Source of the DNA: Phycisphaerae bacterium
Lineage (GTDB): Bacteria > Planctomycetota > Phycisphaerae > SM23-33
Assembly: GCA_011050235.1 (NCBI GenBank)
Contig: DRGC01000051.1
Location: 156,745 to 220,744 of the forward strand
Length of the DNA: 64,000 nucleotides
Direction of reading: 5' to 3'
Both the position numbers and the translations under genes were made by a program. The notes under the pieces are model-generated. The model saw only the letters and a list, made by a program, of their open reading frames with translations. It made no database searches and had not been told where the DNA came from. How positions within the stretch are numbered: position 1 is the first letter of the stretch; each line of letters begins with the position of its first letter. Of the stretch, positions 10,163 through 19,817 are shown one piece after another.

Positions 10163-11128
10163 CTAAATCGTCTCGTAGGTGACTTTGACGGTCTTGCCGG
10201 TATCCGCCGCTTCCAGGACCGCTTCGTAGAGGACCATCGATTTGTAGCTCTCGGCGATGTCGGAGCGGGTGCGGCGGCCCTCCTTGATGGAGGCGAAGAA
10301 GTCGACGATCTCGGCGAGGTGGCCGGTTTCGTTGCCGTTGTCGCCGGAAAGGAACGTCGGCGGCTCGCGCCATTCGCCGGCCTGGCCGTCCTGGGTGATC
10401 TTCCAGCACGAGCTGTTGTGGATGCTCATGCAGTTGCCGCCCTTGACTGTAATCATCATGTCCTCGGCGGGTACGGCCCACGTTCGGCCGTCGTTGAAAT
10501 CGAACGTCCCAAGTGTGCCGTTGGCGAATCGAATGCTGACTGCATAGGCGTGATGCTCGCGAGTGAAGGTGTGGACGTCGGCGACCTCACCGAACAGGTA
10601 CCCCACCAGGTCGATCAGATGGATGGCGAAGTCGAGCAGGTAGCTGCCGGGGTTGACGTACTCGGCCGAGCAATAGGAGGCGGTGACGCTGTAGATATCC
10701 TCGGTCGGAAACGTCGCCAGCCATTCCTTGGCGCGATTGTAGCAGTTGGCGTAGCGCTTCTTGAAGGCCGTCATGCACGGCACGCCCGTTTCCTTCGACA
10801 CGCGGGCGACGGCCAGCGCATCGGCGGCGCTGGAGGCCGGAGGTTTTTCGGTATAAACCGGTACTCCCCGCCGCATCGCCAGTTGGGCTAGCTCCACGTG
10901 CTGATCGGGGCCGATACAGATCATCACGCCATCGGGGGTTTCGGCGTCGAGCATCTCGCCCATGTCCGTGTAGGCCTTGCCGCCGAACAGGCGAGCGTTG
11001 CGCTCGGCCTTGGCGATCTCCAGGTCGCAGACGCCGACCAATTGCCCGCCAGCCCGGCCGATGTAGGGGTAAATGCTTCCGCTCGAATGACCGCCGGCGC
11101 CGACGGTACAGATTCTCGGTTCATCCAT
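10163..11128 (-). CDS. Gfo/Idh/MocA family NAD(P)-dependent oxidoreductase
   Basis: N-terminal Rossmann fold ICTVGAGGHSSG... and typical family length and architecture. Confidence 0.85.
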   Translation of the reverse strand: MDEPRICTVGAGGHSSGSIYPYIGRAGGQLVGVCDLEIAKAERNARLFGGKAYTDMGEMLDAETPDGVMICIGPDQHVELAQLAMRRGVPVYTEKPPASSAADALAVARVSKETGVPCMTAFKKRYANCYNRAKEWLATFPTEDIYSVTASYCSAEYVNPGSYLLDFAIHLIDLVGYLFGEVADVHTFTREHHAYAVSIRFANGTLGTFDFNDGRTWAVPAEDMMITVKGGNCMSIHNSSCWKITQDGQAGEWREPPTFLSGDNGNETGHLAEIVDFFASIKEGRRTRSDIAESYKSMVLYEAVLEAADTGKTVKVTYETI

Positions 11129-11130
11129 GG

Positions 11131-11880
11131 TTAGACCTCGCAGTTCGTTTGCAGATACTCGATCGCACCGGCCAGGTACTGCAGCGTGTTCTCAGTGTCG
11201 GCGACTTCCATTTCCACAACGTAGTCGCCGGTGTAGCCGACCGACTTCATATGGCTAAACAAGCCCGGCAGGTCGATCTCGCCAGAACCGAACGGCACGG
11301 ACTGCGGCCCGACCTGGTCCTTGATGTGCACCAGCGCAATCGTCTCGCCCAGCAGGTCGAAGCCTTCCCGCCACGACACGCCCGCGCTGTGGAAATGGCC
11401 CACCTCCAGGCAGATCTTCATGCGCGGGTCATCCAGGCCGCCGAGCACCTCGCGGTAATCGTCCAGCGTGCAGATCGGCGCATGGAAGTGGTTCTGGATG
11501 ATGGGCGTGACGTTGATGTCGGCAGCGGCGTCCAGGAACGCTCGGCCGGCCTCGACGTAAATCTCACGACTGGCGGCCGAGAACAGCACGACCGGACAAC
11601 CGATCGCCTCGGCGAACTTCGCGCCTTGGATGGCCGGGCCGATATCGCCGTCTTCGTCCACGCCCGGCAGGTGCAGCGACGTGAACTGAAGGTCGAACTC
11701 CTCGCCCTTGTCCAAATAAAAGGCCGGGTCGCCACCGACATCGAACGCCGACCCGCACCAGGTGGTGAAGACCTCGAACTTCTTGAAGCCCAGCTTCGAA
11801 TACGCCCCCAGCGCATCGTCCAGAGACATCTCGGGATTGCAGCACGGGCTGGCGACGAGGCGGTCGATCAGCTCACTCAC
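11131..11880 (-). CDS. Sugar phosphate isomerase/epimerase (xylose isomerase-like TIM barrel)
   Basis: AP-endonuclease-2/TIM-barrel-like sequence with conserved H/E/D positions (e.g. CLEVGHFH, HIKD). GTG start at 11880 is preceded by AAGGAG. Confidence 0.75.
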   Translation of the reverse strand: MSELIDRLVASPCCNPEMSLDDALGAYSKLGFKKFEVFTTWCGSAFDVGGDPAFYLDKGEEFDLQFTSLHLPGVDEDGDIGPAIQGAKFAEAIGCPVVLFSAASREIYVEAGRAFLDAAADINVTPIIQNHFHAPICTLDDYREVLGGLDDPRMKICLEVGHFHSAGVSWREGFDLLGETIALVHIKDQVGPQSVPFGSGEIDLPGLFSHMKSVGYTGDYVVEMEVADTENTLQYLAGAIEYLQTNCEV

Positions 11881-11890
11881 GTCAGGCTCC

Positions 11891-12256
11891 TTATTCGCCG
11901 ACGACCTGCCGGTCGGCGGACGAGAACACCACGATCATGTCGGCGTCGACATCACCGACGCTATGGGCGTTATGCTGAATATCGGTGGCGATGACGATCG
12001 TATCGCCCGGCTCGAGCGTGACCGTCTCGTCGTCGCCGACGGTGTGCTCCAGCCGCCCGGCCAGCAGGACCAGCACCTCCTCGCAGTTGGGATGATGGTG
12101 CCGCGGGTTGCAGCAGCCTTTCTTGATCGTCACGCGCCCGACGGTCTGCTCGGCGGCGTTGCCGATCTTCCCGCCGGCCAGCCACGTCAGCGATCCCCAG
12201 TCCTCATCGATCCGGGCGGCGTCGGCGTCTCGAGCGTTTCGAACGGAGAAATCCAT
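11891..12256 (-). CDS. Cupin domain protein
   Basis: 121 aa with the cupin motifs HHHPNCEEVLVLLAG and PGDTIVI. It is the first gene of a three-gene minus-strand operon with the isomerase and oxidoreductase. Confidence 0.7.
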   Translation of the reverse strand: MDFSVRNARDADAARIDEDWGSLTWLAGGKIGNAAEQTVGRVTIKKGCCNPRHHHPNCEEVLVLLAGRLEHTVGDDETVTLEPGDTIVIATDIQHNAHSVGDVDADMIVVFSSADRQVVGE

Positions 12257-12338
12257 GTCGGCCTCCTTCTAGGTGTTGCCGGTCTTCGAAGCCGGCATTA
12301 TGGTGGCTCGGGCCGAGAGCGGCAATAAAGGAATCCCC

Positions 12339-13637
12339 ATGGCCCGACCCAACATTCTCTACCTGCACTCGCACGACACGGGGCGATACATCCAACCTTA
12401 CGGCCACGCCGTCGAGACCCCTGCCCTGCAGCGCTTCGCCGAGCAGAGCGTGTTGTTTCGCCAAGCGTTCTGCGCGGCGCCGACGTGCTCGGCCAGCCGG
12501 GCGGCGCTACTGTTCGGCCGCAGCGCGCACTCGGCCGGCATGCTGGGATTGACCAACCGCGGCTTCTGGCCGAGCGACTACAACGGCCACTTGGCCAACA
12601 CCCTCAAGGCCGGCGGCTACACGACGGCGGTGGCCGGCATGCAGAACGTCGCGCCCACCACGGAGATGATCGGCTACGACCGCATCCTTGCAGATATGGG
12701 CGCCACCGATACGATTCGGGTGGACGCAGCGCAGCGCTTTCTCGCCGACCCGCCGCAGCCGTTCTTCCTGTCGGTGGGCTTCACCGCGACCCATCGCGAC
12801 TTCCCCCAGCCGCAGCCGCCCGACGACCCCCGGTTCTGCAAACCGCCCGCCCCCCTGCCGGATACGCCCGAGACGCGCTACGACATGGCCGCCTTCAACA
12901 CCATCGCCCGGCAGCTCGATGATTGCATGGGTAGCGTCCTGGCGGCGCTCGACGAGGCCGGGCTGGCTGACAACACGCTCGTGATTTGCACAACCGATCA
13001 CGGCATCGCCTTCCCGCTCATGAAGTGCAACATGACCGACCACGGCCTGGCCGTCATGCTGATGTTGCGCGGGCCGGGAATACCGGAAGGTGGCCACGTC
13101 TGCAATGCGCTGGTTTCGCAGATCGATCTCTACCCCACCGTCTGCGAGATCGCCGGCATCGATCCGCCCGACTGCCTGGAAGGCAAGAGCCTGATGCCGC
13201 TGCTCAACGGCGAGGCCGACGAGATCAATGACGCGATTTTCGCCGGCGTGACTTTCCACGCCGCCTACGAGCCGATGCGGGCCGTGCGAACCAGGCGGTG
13301 GAAGTATATCCGCCGCTTCGACGACCGCGGCCGATGCGTCCTGCCCAACTGCGACGACAGCCCGTCCAAGGACGTCTTGATCGCCGCCGGCTGGGCCGAT
13401 CGCCCACTCGCCAAGGAAGAACTCTACGACCTGACGTTTGACCCCAACGAGACGAACAACCTAGTCGCCGCTCCCGCCCATGCAGCCATTCTGGAAGACA
13501 TGCGCAATCGCCTGGCCGCCTGGATGAAGCAGACCGACGATCCGCTGCTGGCCGGCCCCGTGACCCCGCCGCCAACGGCCCAACTAAACGACCCCGACGG
13601 CCTCTCGCCGGGCGACCCCTTCATCATCGCACCCTAG
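12339..13637 (+). CDS. Sulfatase
   Basis: MARPNILYLHSHD N-terminus, variant formylglycine motif CSASR (CxAxR), and TTDHG. ATG 12339 is internal to track ORF 12273. Confidence 0.9.
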   Translation: MARPNILYLHSHDTGRYIQPYGHAVETPALQRFAEQSVLFRQAFCAAPTCSASRAALLFGRSAHSAGMLGLTNRGFWPSDYNGHLANTLKAGGYTTAVAGMQNVAPTTEMIGYDRILADMGATDTIRVDAAQRFLADPPQPFFLSVGFTATHRDFPQPQPPDDPRFCKPPAPLPDTPETRYDMAAFNTIARQLDDCMGSVLAALDEAGLADNTLVICTTDHGIAFPLMKCNMTDHGLAVMLMLRGPGIPEGGHVCNALVSQIDLYPTVCEIAGIDPPDCLEGKSLMPLLNGEADEINDAIFAGVTFHAAYEPMRAVRTRRWKYIRRFDDRGRCVLPNCDDSPSKDVLIAAGWADRPLAKEELYDLTFDPNETNNLVAAPAHAAILEDMRNRLAAWMKQTDDPLLAGPVTPPPTAQLNDPDGLSPGDPFIIAP

Positions 13638-13708
13638 CGCCGTCGGCGGCGCTGACGGATTGCGACGGGCGTGGAACTGCCGATCTAGTAGTCCGTAAGA
13701 CGTAATTT

Positions 13709-13780
13709 GTGGGTGGCACAGGTTGCTTGCAACCTGTGTTGCTGCACCTACACGGCTTGCAAGCAAGCCGTGCCACCCGT
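13709..13780. repeat. Mirrored pair of hairpin units (REP-like / bidirectional terminator) between convergent sulfatase genes
   Basis: Hairpin 1 is CACAGGTTGC-TT-GCAACCTGTG (13717-13738). Hairpin 2 is CACGGCTTGC-AA-GCAAGCCGTG (13751-13772). Outer arms GGGTGGCAC (13711-13719) and GTGCCACCC (13770-13778) are complementary. Confidence 0.6.
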
Positions 13781-13828
13781 CATTCTAGCTGTTACAGACC
13801 CCTAGCCTCGTGCACGCGTCGAGATCGG

Positions 13829-15292
13829 CTACGGTAGGTTGATGGGCCGGCCGCCGTGGGTTTCGAGGAAGTGGGCGTGGTGGCCCCGGCCGGTCGCGCG
13901 GAGACGGTCGGTGTACATCGTCAGAGCACTGCGCGTGTGGTAGGGCCCGCCCTCGTCGATCACCTGCTTCATCGGGTCGACGCCGACGTTGCCGATGGCC
14001 ATCATCTCGTCGTGCCACCGATCCAGAATGGTCTGCATGTGCAGGACAATGTCGGTCTTGTCCCTCGCAACGTTGTGCTGCAGGTGCGGGTCGGCCTCGA
14101 CATCGAACAGCATCACCGACGGGAACGCCTTGAGGCCCGTATCGTACGTCCGCATCATCAGCCACTTGTCCCAGCGGACGGACCGCTGACAGGCCCACGC
14201 GGCCTGGCTGATCACGAGGTGGTCCCGCCCGGCCGATTCGCCCGCGGTGAAGGACTCCGCCGAGCCCTGCCAGTCCCACCCCTCGGGCACATCCGCGGCC
14301 AGAAGCTGCAGGATCGTCGCGGCCACGTCGCCCTGATAGATCAACCCGTCGTCCAACCGTGGCCCCACGCCGGGCCACTTGAGGATACAGGGCACGCGCG
14401 ACGTGATCGTGTCGGCGGTGTGGTGGTCGCCGTAGATGTTCAGCTCGCCCTGGTTCTCGCCGTGGTCGGAGCTGATGAGGATGGCGGTTTCATCGGCGAT
14501 GCCGAGCTGATCCAGCATCGCCAGCAGCCGTCCGGCCCACATGTCGGCGTAGTGGATGCCGACATCGTACGCGTCGATCCACTGCTTGAAGTCGGTCGCG
14601 CTCAGCATCTGCTTCGGCTCGCGCGGGAAGGCGCTTTCCGTCAGGTCCCAGTAGTTGCGGACCTCCGACGCGCTGTTGGGGCCGTAGCTCTGGCGGTGCT
14701 GAGCGATGATCTCGTCGGTCATCCACTCCGGGCCGGGCTCGTCGGCGAACGGGTTGCCGTGTTCCATCGGCGTGCGATACGGCGTGTGCGGGTCCCACAT
14801 GTTCACGTGCAGGTACCAGTTGTCGCTCCGGCCGTTTCGGCCCAGCCACTCCAGCGCGATCGGCGCGACCTCGTCGGCGATCTCGCCGCCCTGCTTGCCG
14901 GTATCGATCATCTCGCAAAAGCCCGCATAGAACCACCACGCGCTGTGGCGTTCGGCGAACGGGCTGACGGTGACGGTCCGCATGCCGACAGCTTTCATAG
15001 CCGCCGGCCAACTCGCATAGCGCGGATCGGTGAGAAACTCTCGGCTCGCCCCCTCCGGATACGGGTCGGCGCACGCGCCGCCGTGGTTGACCACGCCCGT
15101 GTGGATGCCGAACCGTCCCATGAACAGCGCCGCCCGCGAGGGCAGACACGGCGCGTCGGAGACAAAGCACTGGTCAAACCGAACGCCGTCGGCGGCGACA
15201 CGGTCGATATTGGGCGAGGTGTTGCGAGGGTAGCCGTAACAGCCCAGGTGATCTGCGCGCATCGTGTCGATATCGATATGAAGGACTCTCAT
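13829..15292 (-). CDS. Sulfatase
   Basis: Starts MRVLHIDIDTMRADHLGCYG at ATG 15292 (GGAGAGG RBS). Has the CxPxR motif CLPSR and SSDHG. Confidence 0.9.
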   Translation of the reverse strand: MRVLHIDIDTMRADHLGCYGYPRNTSPNIDRVAADGVRFDQCFVSDAPCLPSRAALFMGRFGIHTGVVNHGGACADPYPEGASREFLTDPRYASWPAAMKAVGMRTVTVSPFAERHSAWWFYAGFCEMIDTGKQGGEIADEVAPIALEWLGRNGRSDNWYLHVNMWDPHTPYRTPMEHGNPFADEPGPEWMTDEIIAQHRQSYGPNSASEVRNYWDLTESAFPREPKQMLSATDFKQWIDAYDVGIHYADMWAGRLLAMLDQLGIADETAILISSDHGENQGELNIYGDHHTADTITSRVPCILKWPGVGPRLDDGLIYQGDVAATILQLLAADVPEGWDWQGSAESFTAGESAGRDHLVISQAAWACQRSVRWDKWLMMRTYDTGLKAFPSVMLFDVEADPHLQHNVARDKTDIVLHMQTILDRWHDEMMAIGNVGVDPMKQVIDEGGPYHTRSALTMYTDRLRATGRGHHAHFLETHGGRPINLP

Positions 15293-15412
15293 GGCGCCTC
15301 TCCACCCGCAAGCGTATAGGCCCAAAACCCCCTGTCAAGCCCACATCCGACCGTCGGGATTTGTGGGATGTTGTGGATTCATGTATCCTCTCCGCACACT
15401 CAGGATCTCGCC

Positions 15413-16843
15413 ATGTCGCGACCGAACATCTTGTGGATCTGCTCGGACCAGCAGCGCTTCGATACGCTGGGGGCCTATGGCAACTCATTCGTTCGCACGC
15501 CCAATCTCGACGGCCTGGCCGCCGGCGGCGTGCTGTTCGAGCACGCCTACTGCCAGAACCCCGTCTGCACGCCGAGTCGGGCGAGCTTTCTGACCGGCCG
15601 ATATCCGCGGACCACGCGCGTCCGCCAGAACGGCCAATCGATCCCCGCCGACGAGGTCCTCGTGACCAAACTGCTCCACGATGCCGGCTACACCTGCGGG
15701 CTGGCGGGCAAGCTACACATCTCCACGGTCTATCCGAGCATCTGTCCGGGGACCGAACGCCGCATCGACGACGGATACGATGAGTTTCACTGGATGCACC
15801 ACCCCTGGCAGGACTGGCCCAGCAATGAATACTACCACTGGCTGGCCGAGCGAGGGGTGACCTACACTGACCAGCCGATCGAAGGCCTCTCGCACGTCCG
15901 GCGCGGCATGGGCGAAGAGCACCACCCCACCACGTGGTGCGCCGAAAAGGCCGTCAACTTTATCGATGCCTGCAGCGGCTTCGATCATCCGTGGCTGTTC
16001 AGCGTGAACTTTTTCGACCCCCACCACGTCTTCGACCCGCCGGCGGAGTACCTCGAGCGCTACCTCCGCGCGCTCGACGAGATCCCGCTGCCCAACTACA
16101 TCCCAGGCGAGCTCGACAACAAGCCGCCGTTCCAGCGGGACGATCACGCCGCAGCCTTCAGCGACAAGGCCTTTGACGAGATGTCCGACGCCGACCACCG
16201 CCTCAGCCGGGCCGCCTATTGGGCGATGTGCGATCTGATCGACGCCCAAGTCGGCCGACTGCTGGAGGCCCTGGACCGCACGGGCCAGCGGGACAACACG
16301 CTCGTGATCTACACATCCGACCACGGCGAGATGCTGGGCGACCACGGCATCTATTACAAGGGCCCCTACCTCTACGACCCCGCCGTCCGCGTGCCGCTGA
16401 TCGCCTCCATGCCGTCAGCCGTCGCCAAGAACGTCCGAAGCGAGGCCTTGGTCGAGTTGGTCGATATCGCCCCGACGCTTCTGGACGCGGCCGGCCTGGA
16501 CATCTATCCCGGCATGCAGGGCCGCTCGCTTTGGCCGCTGCTGACGGGCCGGGCCGACGCGGCCCGCCACCGCGACGACGTTTACTGCGAGAGCTACGCC
16601 GCCGCCGGCCATCGCGAGGTGGGCGCCTACGTGACGATGGTCCGCACGCAAGAGCACAAACTGTCAGCCGTCCACGGCATGGACTGCGGCGAGCTATACG
16701 ACCTCGAAGACGACCCGAGCGAGACGCACAACCTTTGGGACAGCGCCGAGCATAAGCAGCTCAAAGCTACGATGCTCAAGCGGCTGTCCGACCGGATGGC
16801 ATTGACCATCGACCCGCTGCCCGCGCGCGTGAGCGATTGGTGA
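15413..16843 (+). CDS. Sulfatase (tandem paralogue 1)
   Basis: MSRPNILWICSDQQRFD, CTPSR motif, TSDHGE. ATG 15413 is internal to track ORF 15368. Confidence 0.9.
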   Translation: MSRPNILWICSDQQRFDTLGAYGNSFVRTPNLDGLAAGGVLFEHAYCQNPVCTPSRASFLTGRYPRTTRVRQNGQSIPADEVLVTKLLHDAGYTCGLAGKLHISTVYPSICPGTERRIDDGYDEFHWMHHPWQDWPSNEYYHWLAERGVTYTDQPIEGLSHVRRGMGEEHHPTTWCAEKAVNFIDACSGFDHPWLFSVNFFDPHHVFDPPAEYLERYLRALDEIPLPNYIPGELDNKPPFQRDDHAAAFSDKAFDEMSDADHRLSRAAYWAMCDLIDAQVGRLLEALDRTGQRDNTLVIYTSDHGEMLGDHGIYYKGPYLYDPAVRVPLIASMPSAVAKNVRSEALVELVDIAPTLLDAAGLDIYPGMQGRSLWPLLTGRADAARHRDDVYCESYAAAGHREVGAYVTMVRTQEHKLSAVHGMDCGELYDLEDDPSETHNLWDSAEHKQLKATMLKRLSDRMALTIDPLPARVSDW

Positions 16844-16861
16844 CGATAGGAGACGATGAGG

Positions 16862-18304
16862 ATGGCCAGACCCAACATTCTTTGGCTGTGCAGCGACCAG
16901 CAGCGGTTCGACACGCTGGGGGTCTACGGCAACTCGTTCGCCCGCACGCCCAATCTCGACGGCCTGGCCGCCGAGGGGGTGCTGTTCGAGCACGCGTACT
17001 GTCAGAACCCCGTCTGCACGCCGAGTCGGGCGAGCTTCCTGACCGGTCGATATCCGCGAACATGCCGCACCCGCCAGAACGGCCAATCGATCCCCGCCGA
17101 CGAGGTCCTCGTGACCAAGCTGTTGCACGACGCCGGCTATGTGTGCGGCCTGTCGGGCAAGCTGCATCTATCGGCGTGCTTTCCGGAGGTGTGCACGGGC
17201 ACGGAGCGCCGTATCGATGACGGGTACGACGAGTTTCACTGGTCGCATCACCCCGGCGACGACTGGCCGACCAACGAGTACTTCCACTGGCTGCGAGAGA
17301 AGGGCGCGACGTTCACCCGTGAGAAGTTCGACGGCGAGCAATACGTCGAAACATCCGTCCCCGAAGCCCATCACCAGACGACCTGGTGCGCGCAGAAGGC
17401 CGTCAATTTCATCGAGGCCAGCAGCCGGTTCGATCATCCGTGGCTGTTCAGCGTGAACTTCTACGACCCGCATCATCCCTTCGACCCGCCGCGGGAGTAT
17501 CTGGAGCGTTACCTGGATCGGCTGGACGAGATCCCGCTGCCCAATTACACCCCCGGCGAGCTGGACGACAAGCCGCCATTCCAGGACCGCGACAGCCACG
17601 GGGCCTACTGCTCGCCGGATGCCTTCGACCGCGACCACATCAACGACCGCAGCCATCGGCTGATCCGGGCCGCCTACTGGGCGATGTGCGACCTGCTCGA
17701 CCACCAGGTCGGCCGAATCCTCGAGGCCCTTGACCGCACGGGCCAACGCGACAACACCATCGTCATCTACTCGTCCGACCACGGCGAGATGCTGGGCGAT
17801 CACGGGATCTATCTGAAGGGCCCCTACCTCTACGACCCCGCCGTCCGCGTGCCGCTGATCGTCTCCATGCCGTCGGCGATCACGAAGAACATCCGCAGCG
17901 AGGCCCTGGTCGAGCTGGTGGATATCGCCCCGACGCTGATGGCCGCGGCCGGGCTGGACGTCCATCCCGGCATGCAGGGGCGGTCGCTTTGGCCGCTTCT
18001 GACGGGCCGGGCCGATCCCGCCCATCACCGCGACGACATCTACTGCGAGTGCTACAACTCCGTCGTCCGCCGCCGCGAGCCCAAGGCCTACACCACGATG
18101 GTCCGGACGGCCACCCACAAGCTGTCAGCCGTCCACGGCCTGGACTGCGGGGAACTGTACGATCTGCAGGCCGACCCCGCCGAGACGCACAACCTCTGGA
18201 ACAGCCCCGCCCACGCCGACATCAAGACGGCGATGCTCAAGCGACTATGCGACCGGATGGCCTTCACGATCGACCCCCTGCCCGCCCGCACGGGGGCGTG
18301 GTGA
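16862..18304 (+). CDS. Sulfatase (tandem paralogue 2)
   Basis: MARPNILWLCSDQQRFD, CTPSR, SSDHGE. Long stretches are identical to the upstream paralogue. GGAGA RBS at 16848-16852. The alternative ATG at 16856 lies only 3 nt after the RBS. Confidence 0.9.
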   Translation: MARPNILWLCSDQQRFDTLGVYGNSFARTPNLDGLAAEGVLFEHAYCQNPVCTPSRASFLTGRYPRTCRTRQNGQSIPADEVLVTKLLHDAGYVCGLSGKLHLSACFPEVCTGTERRIDDGYDEFHWSHHPGDDWPTNEYFHWLREKGATFTREKFDGEQYVETSVPEAHHQTTWCAQKAVNFIEASSRFDHPWLFSVNFYDPHHPFDPPREYLERYLDRLDEIPLPNYTPGELDDKPPFQDRDSHGAYCSPDAFDRDHINDRSHRLIRAAYWAMCDLLDHQVGRILEALDRTGQRDNTIVIYSSDHGEMLGDHGIYLKGPYLYDPAVRVPLIVSMPSAITKNIRSEALVELVDIAPTLMAAAGLDVHPGMQGRSLWPLLTGRADPAHHRDDIYCECYNSVVRRREPKAYTTMVRTATHKLSAVHGLDCGELYDLQADPAETHNLWNSPAHADIKTAMLKRLCDRMAFTIDPLPARTGAW

Positions 18305-18455
18305 TCGTTGCCGGTCGGCGGCGGAGCTTGCAGCAACGGGTGATTGTGTTACCATGCCGACGAGGTATGTGTTCGACTGAACGGACGGCCGTTGTCGGCC
18401 GGCGGGCTACGCCAGTAGCTCGTGCGGCGGCAGCGGCCTACAACACTTAGGACCT

Positions 18456-19715
18456 ATGCAGCCCGACGCAATCAACACGAACGACACGAGCGGCCTCGGC
18501 GCCGGGCGGCCGATGCTTCGAAGCGCCGTCATCCTGACCGGCATCGCGACGGCCTTTTCGCTGCTGGGCGACCAGGCCCTCTACGCCATCCTGCCCATTC
18601 ATTACCAAACGCTGGGCCTAACGTCCCTCCAGCTCGGCCTGATTCTGTCGATGAACCGTTTTGTCAGGCTGCTGACCAACCACCTGGCTGGGTGGCTCAT
18701 TCGCCGCATCCACTTCTCCGGTCTGTTCGTGGGCGTGCTGGTACTGGGGGCGGGCCTGACGTTTCTCTATGGAACGTGGCCGATCTTTGCGATCCTGATC
18801 GGGGCGAGGCTGCTGTGGGGGTTCTGCTGGTCGACGATCCGCCAGATCGGAACGATGACGTCCATCGCGGCTATGCCCGGCCGTGACGTGGGCCGGACCG
18901 TTGGCCTCTATAGCGGTCTGTCGCGCGCAGGCTCGATCACCGGGCTGGCGCTGGGAGGGCTGCTGTTCGACCAGTTCAGGAGACTGTGGGGTTTTGAGGC
19001 CGGCTGGCAGTGGTGCTTCTTTGTTCTGGCGGGCATCTCGCTGTTGGGCGTGATCCCGGCTGCGACGATCGGGCGGACGCTACGACGCATGTCGTTCAAG
19101 CTGCATGCCGAGCCGGACGGCCCCGTGCCGCGAACATCCAGAGGCCTGTTGATCTGCGGCTTCATCGTCGGGTGCGTGGGGTACGGCATCATCTTCTCGA
19201 AGCTCGGCGATGTCCTCAAGATGCTCACCGGCGACTCCGTCGAGTTCGGCAGCCGGGCGCTGGCGCTGACGACATTCACCGCGCTGATCCTGTGCAGTCG
19301 CCATATCATCGGCCTGGTGGGCGGGCCGATGCTGGGACGGCTGAGCGACCGTATCGGACACCGCACCAGTGCGTTCGTGTTTCTCATGGCGGCCACGATT
19401 CTGCTGGCCGTTGCGGCGCTGGTCTCTCAGAGCTTCTGGGCCGTGGTCGTCCTGATGATCATGTTCTTTGTCTTCACGGCCTGCCTGATCGTCACGCTGA
19501 TGGCCGAGGCGGGCCGCGCCGGGCCCAGTACGTTCGCCTGGCTGGTGACGGCGCTGGACCTCGGCGGGGCGACGGGCCCGCTACTGGCCTGGACGGTGGG
19601 CGACTGGGTCAAGGAAACCTGGATGCCGTTCGCCATCGCCGCCGCCCTGTGCTTTGTCGGCACAGCGATCGCGCTAGCCAGACTGATCCGGGCCCGACGG
19701 GCGCCGAGCCTGTAG
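18456..19715 (+). CDS. MFS transporter
   Basis: About 12 predicted hydrophobic helices. MFS-like loop SMNRFVRLLTNHLAGW after TM2. Substrate not inferable. Confidence 0.8.
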   Translation: MQPDAINTNDTSGLGAGRPMLRSAVILTGIATAFSLLGDQALYAILPIHYQTLGLTSLQLGLILSMNRFVRLLTNHLAGWLIRRIHFSGLFVGVLVLGAGLTFLYGTWPIFAILIGARLLWGFCWSTIRQIGTMTSIAAMPGRDVGRTVGLYSGLSRAGSITGLALGGLLFDQFRRLWGFEAGWQWCFFVLAGISLLGVIPAATIGRTLRRMSFKLHAEPDGPVPRTSRGLLICGFIVGCVGYGIIFSKLGDVLKMLTGDSVEFGSRALALTTFTALILCSRHIIGLVGGPMLGRLSDRIGHRTSAFVFLMAATILLAVAALVSQSFWAVVVLMIMFFVFTACLIVTLMAEAGRAGPSTFAWLVTALDLGGATGPLLAWTVGDWVKETWMPFAIAAALCFVGTAIALARLIRARRAPSL

Positions 19716-19817
19716 ACGCCCCCACCCCCTCGCCGGCGATCGCCAACTCGCGGTTGTATCACTGCCGAAATCCGGTACACTGACGCATCTTCTCGCCGCC
19801 CGGCGGGAGGCGCCTGA

